Of a stretch of DNA of 64,000 nt, positions 29,301 through 37,044 are shown piece after piece. This DNA comes from Bacteroidota bacterium (lineage in GTDB: Bacteria; Bacteroidota; Bacteroidia; UKL13-3). The first letter of the stretch is position 1. Each line of letters starts with the position of its first letter. The notes under the pieces are model-generated. The model worked only from the letters and a program-made list of their open reading frames with translations. It had not been told where the DNA came from and made no database searches. Location of the stretch: contig JBKCPL010000062.1 of NCBI GenBank assembly GCA_046309355.1, positions 778 to 64,777 of the forward strand, in the 5' to 3' direction. The position numbers were made by a program, and so were the translations under genes.

Positions 29301-30928
29301 ATGGCGATATGGAAGGTTTGGCAGCATGGATTGATTACAATGATGACGGTGACTTTGACGATCCTGATGAATTCATCGCCACCTTTGCTCCCAGTATGGG
29401 TGTAGTGAATTCATCGCCTGTTACAGTACCGCTGCAAACGATTACAGGCATAACACTGCGTATGCGTGTTCGCGCTATCTTTAACACACTCATTGGTGCT
29501 TCACAATCGTGCACGGCAGTGCAGTGGGGTGAAACGGAAGATTTTCAGGTACAAATTTTACCTGCACCTACACCTACCACGTATGTTTGGAATCAAACAA
29601 CACCGGCTAACTTCAATACAGCTTCAAACTGGACACCGGCCAGAGCAGCTACTAATTTAAACGACCGACTTGTATTTAACTCGGGTGGTGTAGTAACAGT
29701 AAACACATTGCCCACGCAGCGTGTAGCAAGTCTCGAACTGCTTAATGGAACAACGCTGCAGTTGCAATCAACGTCACAAAACACATTGACTGCAACCGAT
29801 TCACTATACTTAACTTCGGGTAAAGTTGTTACAGATGCGAACACCAATATGTGCATCGGACGCAGAAATTTTGCCGGTGTACTAACCGGATCTGGATATG
29901 TGAACGGTATTTTAGTAAGATGGATAACAGGTACAGGCACCTACACGTTCCCGATTTATGACATGGATACTAACCGTCAGGTTACTGTGATCGTAACAGC
30001 AGCACCTACCGAGCCAGGCACTTTGGCCGCTCGTTTTGTTCGCGGACAACCGTCAACCAACGGGTTGCCATTAACAGATGGCAGTATTCTGGTGAATCGT
30101 GTGGCACAAAACGGTGTATGGCGCTTAACATCCGGGAATAATCTTGGATCGTTACAATATAATCTGACCGTTCGTGCAGATTCGTTTGCCGGTGTATACA
30201 ATGTTGCCGGTTTAAGTCTGTTGCGTAGAGACAATAATACTGCGGCATGGACAGTGAGCGGAAACTATGTAGCTGCTACCGGCAGTAGGTATACGCCACT
30301 GGTTAGTCGTACCAATCTTTCTAGTCTTGGTGAATTTACCTTGGGCAGCGATACTGCAATGAATCCGCTACCGGTTGAGTGGCTTAAATTTACAGGACAC
30401 GTTTCGCACACGCATGCGGTATTGCGATGGGCTACCGCTACCGAAAAAAATAACAGCCACTTTATTGTTCAACGTTCGGCAGATGCAGTAAACTTTACCA
30501 CCATAGGATACGTGAAAGGAAAAGGAAATTCGGTATCCGTGACTGATTATGAATATACGGATGACCAGGTTTTCACGCAAACACCATCTGCATACTACCG
30601 ACTGATACAAGAAGACCTAGACGGCACACAATCGTTTAGCAGAATTATTTATTTGACGGCCACACCACAAAACGAGCTATTACAGGTTATTCCCAATCCA
30701 TTCAACAAAGCACCTGATATGGTATTTAGCAGTGCAACGAATGAAACAGTTGCCGTGTTGATTACCGACATCAGCGGACGAACACTCGCCACACAAACTG
30801 TGTATGTGCAGGAAGGAATAAACCGCATACAAGTATCATCTGTAAGCACACTGCCCGCAGGCATTTATTTCATATCACTGAGTGGAGTTGAAAGCAGAAC
30901 CTGCAGGGTTATCAAACTTCACGATTAA
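23315..30928 (+). CDS. giant T9SS-secreted surface protein, tandem paralog of the upstream gene
   Basis: 2537 aa with the same architecture. The N-terminal domain aligns with gene A (VYLAESFENAFTGNPAAPAGWSQ... against VYFAENFDSAFTGTPAAPPGWTQ...). It has three GEVED-type domains at about 26391-26840, 27738-28215 and 29110-29560, and the CTD at 30686-30925. Confidence 0.85.
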   Translation: MHPFTFVKYMNTGIKILFTVILLSFGLKPVEAQVYLAESFENAFTGNPAAPAGWSQSRIRPVVTSAERDWVRNTFSVGAWAITGGTLPPSPGAFHGNSVLFLQDIGFGGAASPLTERRISSPAMNLSTATSPYVRFYLFYPQDPCLNINLRVVISPDNGTTWHTLSNIMSGLNTTTSPNQWAKINVPIPARYRTTQTRVGFATVNRNGANNIFIDSVSVLEYTPTTITSAASGNWNLPANWVGGVVPTSDHNVVISSGHTITVTVGLASGGVRCQNLTINSGGTLTYGANGSQLLQVFGDVTVSGTLSALNATNGRILYVGKNFTINTGGVATFNTGNSTLGTSAPLANLPLNTSGIVFCNSDSATFTNAGTLAGSRVNNIWHLGSNDAVFRYNDSVSVPLTFTLINGRVDANSRLTLGNAAVANTVNYVWRTNGSFTSAPVFNNTNINIRWMLYLSVFQSTVTPTTLIAGEEHRNNSGRVIEGYLTMNTHNNVELQYPLSFSALHTPFLQLQRGILLTSQANPLIFSSNYAGTTALAPSTINPNPTNHGSYVVGSIQINRPTTGNLQVSLPFGIGSAFNGIAPNGNQARTITINPGTNWNGESFLCTYSSGNATSRNVTGNLTTTMSNKMLRIQPLNGDLPTNTVVSLTAINYPFGNSDSLVGQQGQMFVVQGNSPNGPWVQRSSTNGLVSPFVSNTLYTLNTAATSPGPISPLSSNGQYFRFATSAPVMQYTSSSAQRVTGNVSVGTANMPMLRIRVDISGIVPINITGLNLSTAGTSNTAAIANVKVFYTGTDSTFNTLLPFGNPVATPSGAFTVSGNSQLRTGANFFWIAYDVATGAAQGDSLIVQCSSVIVADTARTVTMPNASFRIVGTSMAFISANAFQTVTSKVFTGSFNNEILRLEVLMSDTGAPVPITQMQFRTLGSANPLTNITTATVYYTGGSAVFSPNIPLGNFSSPNDTFIVSGQLNLRNGMNYFWLAYDISSTASITDSVDGVFISLGVNGNNIAPISTTPAGNRKIKAQYCLPTYTLGCASDFISRVRLETIDNITTCNSQGFYTYFSSITPPTLLAGRTYTLKLNFNSEPNQFARAWADWNEDGDFVDSGEDLGIQTPANAGTGGMASITFTVPCTATNSVTRLRIRGGDDAQPQANQSCGASSNAYGEGEDYDINVVSGNREHLGNTALQQTGGAPASTLNTAILRVPVKVKVTNCNPGVINEFRFRTTGTTNTADILNAKLYKTGSSPVFSVANLLGTVASPSGVFSFVVNDSAVNDTNNYWLTYDIASTAPNGNLLDAVLDSVRVFNSWFIPANGNPSGSRTVATPMSFIGASAVHPTPDRVERGSANNPMLRMMVRTTSFGAPINATQFTLSTAGSQNTFFNLDSIIVWYTGSNAEFENPVLFGGVGMQTGTFTVSGIQSLNNDTNYFWVTYNIPPFASIGDTMDAEFINVTIGGTLQTTSSGNPAGFRIIRAAYCAAEAAGGTDAEIVGTYIGPLSNASNCSTTGGPGSIQNSYSNFTQILPATTFIMGKTYPFSINTSTCNGSFDAVLGIWVDLNQDGDFNDAGEELHMSPVFAYGANVIRTGTITIPCTALSGRTRLRVIMNETSSGPISACGSYTFGETEDYLINLVNVPTSYISSTVFQQSGSAPFGGVDVPVLRVPVVANANSCQPGTITRLFFTTAGTTTTSDILSAKLYKTGSSATFNTNTLLGTVTSPSGLFSFLLTDTVLDDTNNYWLAYDVSLTATGSNLLDATCDSILAFGSRFIPAVTNPAGALSVTAPMTFVDANALHPTLQVINSPSANNQMLRIMIRMSATGAPVPVSQFNLSTNGSQNPLVNADSIIVWYTGSGSAFTSPVFFGGVGPRSGNFSITGLQPLLNDTNYFWITYRVPQTAIIGDSLDAELINIVVNGVIRTPINGAPAGKRRIKNSYCIPVITTGCGFDILDLVTTTGATTNLTNSSTGCNGNPNSYQFNTSQTLVITQGATFTINLRADGDMEGLAAWIDYNDDGDFDDPDEFIATFAPSMGVVNSSPVTVPLQTITGITLRMRVRAIFNTLIGASQSCTAVQWGETEDFQVQILPAPTPTTYVWNQTTPANFNTASNWTPARAATNLNDRLVFNSGGVVTVNTLPTQRVASLELLNGTTLQLQSTSQNTLTATDSLYLTSGKVVTDANTNMCIGRRNFAGVLTGSGYVNGILVRWITGTGTYTFPIYDMDTNRQVTVIVTAAPTEPGTLAARFVRGQPSTNGLPLTDGSILVNRVAQNGVWRLTSGNNLGSLQYNLTVRADSFAGVYNVAGLSLLRRDNNTAAWTVSGNYVAATGSRYTPLVSRTNLSSLGEFTLGSDTAMNPLPVEWLKFTGHVSHTHAVLRWATATEKNNSHFIVQRSADAVNFTTIGYVKGKGNSVSVTDYEYTDDQVFTQTPSAYYRLIQEDLDGTQSFSRIIYLTATPQNELLQVIPNPFNKAPDMVFSSATNETVAVLITDISGRTLATQTVYVQEGINRIQVSSVSTLPAGIYFISLSGVESRTCRVIKLHD

Positions 30929-30948
30929 TACTAATCGGAGATTATTAC

Positions 30949-30980
30949 AAAGGAGGTCCAGTAATTGACCTCCTTTTTTT
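30949..30980 (+). terminator. intrinsic terminator after giant gene B
   Basis: AAAGGAGGTCCAGTAATTGACCTCCTTTTTTT. Confidence 0.7.
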
Positions 30981-31027
30981 ATGCCTGCTGGGTATTACAT
31001 TTGAATCCGAATAATTGTGTAAAGTAT

Positions 31028-32722
31028 ATGGAAAATACAACTCAGCTTATTGAATGTGTTCCCAATTTCAGTGAGGGAAAAGATATGTCAGTTATACAGC
31101 AAATAACAGATGCCATACAATCTGTTGAAGGAGTGAAGTTGCTTGATGTTGATCCGGGTAAGGCTACTAACCGCACTGTAGTTACCTTTGTAGGACCTCC
31201 GCAGGCTGTAGTGGATGCTGCGTTTTTAGGCATTCAAAAAGCTGCTGAACTCATTGACATGAGTAAACACACAGGCGAACATCCGCGAATGGGTGCAACT
31301 GATGTATGCCCACTCATACCTGTATCCGGTATAAGCATGGAAGAAACTGCACAGTGGTCGCATAAACTGGCTGAACGTGTCGGAAATGAACTCTCCATAC
31401 CCGTCTATTTGTACGAATATGCTCAAGCCAATGAGGCACGTAAAAACTTATCGGTGATACGAGCCGGAGAATACGAAGGCTTCTTCGATAAAATAAAACT
31501 ACCTGAATGGAAACCCGATTTTGGCCCTTCTCAATTTCCTGCCAAAACCGGTGCAACAGTTATAGGTGCACGTGATTTTTTAATTGCTTACAACGTAAAC
31601 CTGAATACATCCTCTGTACGTTTGGCGAACTCTGTTGCCTTTGATGTGCGTGAGGCTGGTCGGGTAAAACGTGAAGGCAATCCTATAACCGGCAAAGTGG
31701 TAAAAGACGAACAGGGCAATGATGTGCGCATACCCGGCAGTTGTAAGGCTGTAAAAGCGATAGGCTGGTATATTGAGGAATATGGTGTTGCACAGATTTC
31801 GATGAATCTTACCAATTACAAAATCACTCCATTGCATATTGCTTTTGATGAAGTATGTAAAAGTGCAACGCAAAGAGGACTTCGGGTTACCGGCTCGGAA
31901 CTGGTGGGATTAATACCGCTTAAAGCTATGCTGGATGCAGGCAACTATTTTCTTAAAAAACAAGGTCGTTCAACAGGAGTTAGCGAGCACGAACTGATTC
32001 ATATAGCCATTAAATCGCTGGGACTAGCAGAGCTTGGGCCATTTGACGCAGATAAAAAGATCATAGAATACCGCATGCGGGACACTGCGAAAGAGAAATT
32101 GATATCGATGAATCTGAAATCATTTGCCAATGAAACAGCCAGCGATAGTCCTGCCCCTGGTGGAGGGTCCATAAGCGCTTATACAGGTTCGCTGGGTGCT
32201 GCATTGGGCACCATGGTAGCTAATTTGTCGGCCGGTAAACGTGGGTGGGAAGATCAAACTCCGTACTTCAGTGACTGGGCTGAAAAGGGGCAACAACAAA
32301 AAGATGCCTTATTGAAATTAGTGGATGAGGATACACATGCCTTCAATCGCATCATGAATGCCTTTGGCATGCCCAAAACGACTGATGACGAAAAGAAAAT
32401 ACGTGCTCATGCCATAGAAGAAGCCACGAAATATGCATGCGAAATTCCTCTACAGATTATGAAAGCGGCATACCATACGTTACCTCTTTTGGCTGCAATG
32501 GTCGATAAAGGAAATCCAAATTCAATAACAGATGCGGGTGTAGGTGCACTGTGCGTAAAAACAGCCGTTCGTGGCGCTTATTTCAATGTGTTGGTTAATG
32601 CCAAGGGGTTAAAAGACCGCGCTTATGCAGAAAAAATCATAGCTGAGGCAAAAAATATAGTAGAAAAAAATCATGCAGAGGCAGATGCGATAGCAGCAAA
32701 GGTGGAATCAGCTATTTTGTAA
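31028..32722 (+). CDS. ftcD: bifunctional glutamate formimidoyltransferase / formimidoyltetrahydrofolate cyclodeaminase
   Basis: Start at MENTTQLIECVPNFSEGKD, the formiminotransferase N-terminal signature. The C-terminal cyclodeaminase domain carries PAPGGGSISAYTGSLGAALGTMV. Confidence 0.8.
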   Translation: MENTTQLIECVPNFSEGKDMSVIQQITDAIQSVEGVKLLDVDPGKATNRTVVTFVGPPQAVVDAAFLGIQKAAELIDMSKHTGEHPRMGATDVCPLIPVSGISMEETAQWSHKLAERVGNELSIPVYLYEYAQANEARKNLSVIRAGEYEGFFDKIKLPEWKPDFGPSQFPAKTGATVIGARDFLIAYNVNLNTSSVRLANSVAFDVREAGRVKREGNPITGKVVKDEQGNDVRIPGSCKAVKAIGWYIEEYGVAQISMNLTNYKITPLHIAFDEVCKSATQRGLRVTGSELVGLIPLKAMLDAGNYFLKKQGRSTGVSEHELIHIAIKSLGLAELGPFDADKKIIEYRMRDTAKEKLISMNLKSFANETASDSPAPGGGSISAYTGSLGAALGTMVANLSAGKRGWEDQTPYFSDWAEKGQQQKDALLKLVDEDTHAFNRIMNAFGMPKTTDDEKKIRAHAIEEATKYACEIPLQIMKAAYHTLPLLAAMVDKGNPNSITDAGVGALCVKTAVRGAYFNVLVNAKGLKDRAYAEKIIAEAKNIVEKNHAEADAIAAKVESAIL

Positions 32723-32785
32723 ATAGTTTATTTGTTTTCCCCATTTATTCTGTAATTTTACGTACCAATTAAACCACGTCAAGTT

Positions 32786-35700
32786 ATGGAAAAAAAAGTA
32801 CTCCTCCGTCTCGTGCTGGCAATGTTGACTTTAGCAGTAAGTCAATATACAAATGCTCAGCTTACCACCAATTATCCGGCCTCTAATCATATCGTAGTCA
32901 CGGGTACGCCTTACACCGACCTGGGAACTACGGGTAGTATTATCAGCACACTAAACACAGATGATGCGTTGTCATCGGCTGTGCCCATCGGTTTCTCATT
33001 TACATTTAATGGTGCCAGTTACACCGAATTTATTTTGTCAACGAATGGATTTATAAAAATGGGTAACGTAGCACCATCATCGGCTGCCCTTTTTTATGCC
33101 GGACCGCAAAGCTCGGGTGCCGGTACAGGTGGGGCAGCGAATAGCACCAATACACTTGATACTGCTTTAATCATTCCATTTAATCACGATCTTATAGGAG
33201 CAAGTGGTGCAGAATACCGTGTAAGTACAACGGGTAGTGTGGGTTCGCGTATCTGTACTATACAATTTAAGAATCTAACCGAAAAAAATACAACTATCGC
33301 TATTCAGTACGCTATTATTAATTTCCAAATCAAGCTATACGAGGGTACAAATGTTATTGACTTTGTATGGGGGCCATTTACTGCTAGTACAAACACTTCA
33401 GCTTTTCGCAGTGCGTTGTGCGGTTTAAAAGGCAGCGGAGCAACGGCTACAAATTTATTAACCGTAACTAAAGGAAGCGTAACTGCATGGAACCTGCCTA
33501 CTTTTCAAAATGGAAATTATACCGGCAACGCATTAAATTACGGAAACAATGTCGGTTCTACAAGACCCCTTCCGGTAGCCGGTACTATATATCGTTTTAT
33601 ACCTGTTTATGCCAATGATATAGCCGTACGCCAAGTTTATACCTTAGGTAAAATGCCTAAAGCGTATACATCACCTCACTTTGTGCGTGCAGCCATTCGC
33701 AATAGCGGAACTTCAGCTAGTACAGGATTCTACATCAAACTGCAGGTAACAGGTGCAAATCCGTTTATAGACAGTTTACTGGTTACCGGTATGAATCCGA
33801 ATGTCGATACGATTGTGACCTTTGCCGGACACAGTCCTACAACAAACGGATACGATACGGTGAGGGTATTTGTTGACCCCGATGACAATTCTTTTAACAA
33901 CAGCCGTATTTCAATACGAGATGTTAACAACGTGATTTATTCATATGCCGACCCTTCTGTTCCATCGGCAGGCGGTGTAGGTTTTACCGGAGCAAGTGGT
34001 GATTTTGTGGCAAAATTCCCTTACTCGGGTGTAATCAACGCTATTAATCAGGTGGGTGTTAATTTTAACACAGGTGGAAATACATTGCGTATTGGCATTT
34101 GGAACAGAAATACCGGAACCGGATTGCCCGGCACGCTGCTGTGGCAGTCGTCTCCATTTGTAACTATAGCCGGCCTCAATACCATCCCGGTTAATCCTCC
34201 CGTGGCGATTTCCGATACCTTCTTTGTGGGCGTAATTCAAATCGGAACGGTGAATGCCGCATTCTCTTTTCAAAATGAAAACCCCATACGAAATCAAACA
34301 TTTTATTACACCTCTCCCACCGGAACAAGTTCGTGGATTGACTTTTTTGCGACAGCCAGTGCATTTAGGTTCATGATCGAGCCACGCTTGCAATCGCCAG
34401 ATGATATGGGAGTAACTGATATTCTATATCCATGCCCTGTATTGCCTGCGGGCCAGCCAGCCATCATTCCCAGTGTGCGAATATTTAACTATGGCGCACT
34501 GGCTCAAACAGCTGTAAAAATTAAATGTGCTATTTTCAATGCAACAGGTAACCGTGTGTATATCGACTCAACCACGACTGGTACAGTAAACTCAGGCAAT
34601 TATAGTATCATCAATTTTACGGATACGTTTTCTACCTTTACACCGGGTAATTATACGATTAAATCGTGGAGTGAGTTGATAGGTGATGGGTCTCTGGTAA
34701 ACGACACCGCCACATCGCTTCTCACCATTACGAATATTCCCAACATAAAATCAGCAGGTACATTTCTGAATTTTGATGGTGCCGATGACCATATTGTGGT
34801 TGCCAATAATCCGTCTATTTCACCCGCTGCAGAATTGAGTATTGAAGCCTGGATTAATCCGACTAACTTTATCACTAACCGCACCATTGTTTCTAAGGAC
34901 TCTGCTGGGTTGAACCGTTCTTACCGGTTATTTATTAACACAACAGGGAATCTGGTATTTACCGTAAACACCTCATCAGGTTTGGCAACAGCTGTTTCTT
35001 CTACCATCATTCCTACAGCCAGCTGGACACACGTTGCAGCAACCTTTGACGGTGCCAACCTGCGTTTGTATGTAAACGGAGATACAGCCGGTGCATCTAT
35101 TCAAATTGGAACTATAAACTCATCAACAACCGGGCTATATGTTGGGAAAAATGGCCCCTCGGTGAACGAGTTATGGGTAGGCGGAATCGATGAATTAAAA
35201 ATTTGGAACATAGCATTAACCGAAAGCGAAATACGCAGACGCATGCATACCCGATTACCCAATTTAGCCAGCACAAATCTTCGCTTGTATTTCCGTTTTG
35301 ACGAGGGTCTCAACAATCCCATATTATCTGATGCATCAGGCAACTGCAATAGCGGAACCACGGTAAACATGGACGTACAAAATTCTACTACCGCTCCTGC
35401 AGTATTTATTTCAACCATACCCATTGGTACACCTGCGGTTGTTGATACACTCATTGGCGGTTCGGGTACCTATGTATTAACTGGGGGTGCGCTAAACATG
35501 AATTTCTTTAACTACCTGGGGTCTGAAAATTATGTATTGCATAAATTTGATACGGTGTACAGCACGTTGCCAACTGTAAATCCCGGTGGAGTAACTGCTT
35601 CCACTCCGCTTACATGGATTCTGTACCGATATGGTCTTGCAACGTATGACAGTATTTACGCCAGTTTCTTATTGGGTCCGGGTTACATACTGGGTACCGG

Positions 35701-36439
35701 TACCGTTAATGACATACATCTATTCAGAAGAGGAAATGGTAACGGGGGCGGATGGACACTATATCAAAATCCGGCATCTGCCATAAGCACCAGTCCTCAA
35801 TCAGCTACATTTAAATTTACAGCGGCTTCACAATTCCGTTTTCAATTCAATGTTGCCGGAAATAACAACCCATTGCCAGTGAGTATGGGTCAGCTTATGG
35901 GAAGAGCCACCGCATTGAATGCTGAACTAAACTGGGAAGTATACAGCGAATTGAACAATAAAGGATTTGAAATAGAACGTTCGCTGGATGGTGTGGTGTT
36001 CGAAAAAATTGGATTTGTAAACGGTAGAATGAACAGCAATGAACCTACACTGTATACGTTTATTGATGAAGGTATTTTTGCCAAAGCAGGAGTGGTAGGT
36101 TACTACCGCATTCGTCAGGTAGATGCAGATGGTACATGGTCTGATTACAGCAATACTGTTCGCATTGCAGGTGGCGCCACAGCCATACACTCCGTGTCTG
36201 TCATTCCTAATCCATTCCATGACCTGACACAAGTAAGTATTGATTTGATGCAATCCGGTTCAGTAGAAATTCAGTTGCTAGATATAAATGGCAAATTGTT
36301 ACAGTCCAATCATTACCTGCTGGCTGACGGGCTGCAAACGTTGCCGGTACGGGCTGATAACCTGCAAGCCGGTATTTACCTGCTGAAGGTAAAAAAAGCT
36401 GATGAAACGGTCACACTGAAGGTTGTTAAATCAAACTAA
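32786..36439 (+). CDS. large T9SS-secreted protein with LamG/concanavalin-like domain
   Basis: 1217 aa with signal peptide MEKKVLLRLVLAMLTLAVSQYTNAQ. A LamG-like block (LNFDGADDHIVVANNP...LSIEAWINP...YRLFINTTGNLVF...WTHVAATFDGANLRLYVNGD) is present. The pre-CTD module and the CTD occupy 35867-36436. Confidence 0.8.
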   Translation: MEKKVLLRLVLAMLTLAVSQYTNAQLTTNYPASNHIVVTGTPYTDLGTTGSIISTLNTDDALSSAVPIGFSFTFNGASYTEFILSTNGFIKMGNVAPSSAALFYAGPQSSGAGTGGAANSTNTLDTALIIPFNHDLIGASGAEYRVSTTGSVGSRICTIQFKNLTEKNTTIAIQYAIINFQIKLYEGTNVIDFVWGPFTASTNTSAFRSALCGLKGSGATATNLLTVTKGSVTAWNLPTFQNGNYTGNALNYGNNVGSTRPLPVAGTIYRFIPVYANDIAVRQVYTLGKMPKAYTSPHFVRAAIRNSGTSASTGFYIKLQVTGANPFIDSLLVTGMNPNVDTIVTFAGHSPTTNGYDTVRVFVDPDDNSFNNSRISIRDVNNVIYSYADPSVPSAGGVGFTGASGDFVAKFPYSGVINAINQVGVNFNTGGNTLRIGIWNRNTGTGLPGTLLWQSSPFVTIAGLNTIPVNPPVAISDTFFVGVIQIGTVNAAFSFQNENPIRNQTFYYTSPTGTSSWIDFFATASAFRFMIEPRLQSPDDMGVTDILYPCPVLPAGQPAIIPSVRIFNYGALAQTAVKIKCAIFNATGNRVYIDSTTTGTVNSGNYSIINFTDTFSTFTPGNYTIKSWSELIGDGSLVNDTATSLLTITNIPNIKSAGTFLNFDGADDHIVVANNPSISPAAELSIEAWINPTNFITNRTIVSKDSAGLNRSYRLFINTTGNLVFTVNTSSGLATAVSSTIIPTASWTHVAATFDGANLRLYVNGDTAGASIQIGTINSSTTGLYVGKNGPSVNELWVGGIDELKIWNIALTESEIRRRMHTRLPNLASTNLRLYFRFDEGLNNPILSDASGNCNSGTTVNMDVQNSTTAPAVFISTIPIGTPAVVDTLIGGSGTYVLTGGALNMNFFNYLGSENYVLHKFDTVYSTLPTVNPGGVTASTPLTWILYRYGLATYDSIYASFLLGPGYILGTGTVNDIHLFRRGNGNGGGWTLYQNPASAISTSPQSATFKFTAASQFRFQFNVAGNNNPLPVSMGQLMGRATALNAELNWEVYSELNNKGFEIERSLDGVVFEKIGFVNGRMNSNEPTLYTFIDEGIFAKAGVVGYYRIRQVDADGTWSDYSNTVRIAGGATAIHSVSVIPNPFHDLTQVSIDLMQSGSVEIQLLDINGKLLQSNHYLLADGLQTLPVRADNLQAGIYLLKVKKADETVTLKVVKSN

Positions 36440-36446
36440 CAAAAAA

Positions 36447-36478
36447 CGCCCCCGTGCAAGCACGGGGGCGTTTTTTTT
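36447..36478. terminator. bidirectional intrinsic terminator
   Basis: AAAAAACGCCCCCGTGCAAGCACGGGGGCGTTTTTTTT, a perfect 11-bp stem. It lies between convergent genes. Confidence 0.8.
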
Positions 36479-36480
36479 GG

Positions 36481-36930
36481 TTAATGATACATTCCCGGAA
36501 ACAACGCTTTATCCCAAGGAATTCGTGATAAAATAAGTACATATCCGATTATAAAAAAGATAAGCGCTTTACGGTGCTTAGCCATAGGATCGGTCGCTTT
36601 CTTGCTGAGCGAACGTCCAACCTGAATTAGCACAATAGCAATTATCATTGTAGAAATATGCTCTACCGCTACAAACCGGTTAAACTTGTCAGACATTACC
36701 GCGCCTGACTTCAGTGCCGCATCCACTACGGGGCTTATAAAATAAAGCACCAAACCTAGTATTAACTGCGTGTGGCAAAACACCACAAACAATATATGAG
36801 ATAAGTTTTCCTTTTTGGTAAACTCGCGTCTGTGCATCAAGCCCAGTATCGATTTGGTGATGGCATACAATCCGAAAAGCAATACGCCCCAGCGTAGCAG
36901 GTTGTGTAAATGTAGGAGTCCGTTATACAT
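36481..36930 (-). CDS. small polytopic membrane protein, unknown function
   Basis: Four hydrophobic helices. Start chosen at MYNGLLHLHNLLRW. A bidirectional terminator abuts the 3' end. Confidence 0.4.
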   Translation of the reverse strand: MYNGLLHLHNLLRWGVLLFGLYAITKSILGLMHRREFTKKENLSHILFVVFCHTQLILGLVLYFISPVVDAALKSGAVMSDKFNRFVAVEHISTMIIAIVLIQVGRSLSKKATDPMAKHRKALIFFIIGYVLILSRIPWDKALFPGMYH

Positions 36931-37044
36931 ATGTGTTTGATTAAAATGTTCTGGTAAAAGTAGCAATCGAATATTCTTTAACAAAGCGTATTAAAATTTT
37001 ATTGCATGTGATATACTAAACTTTACATTTGTGCCGAAATAAGC

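Noticed and set aside
17500-30000. Direct repeats that might be read as a CRISPR array or IS-element repeats.
   Set aside because: The repeats are 1.3-kb coding units inside continuous ORFs with diverged sequence. There are no short identical repeats with unique spacers, and no cas or transposase genes.
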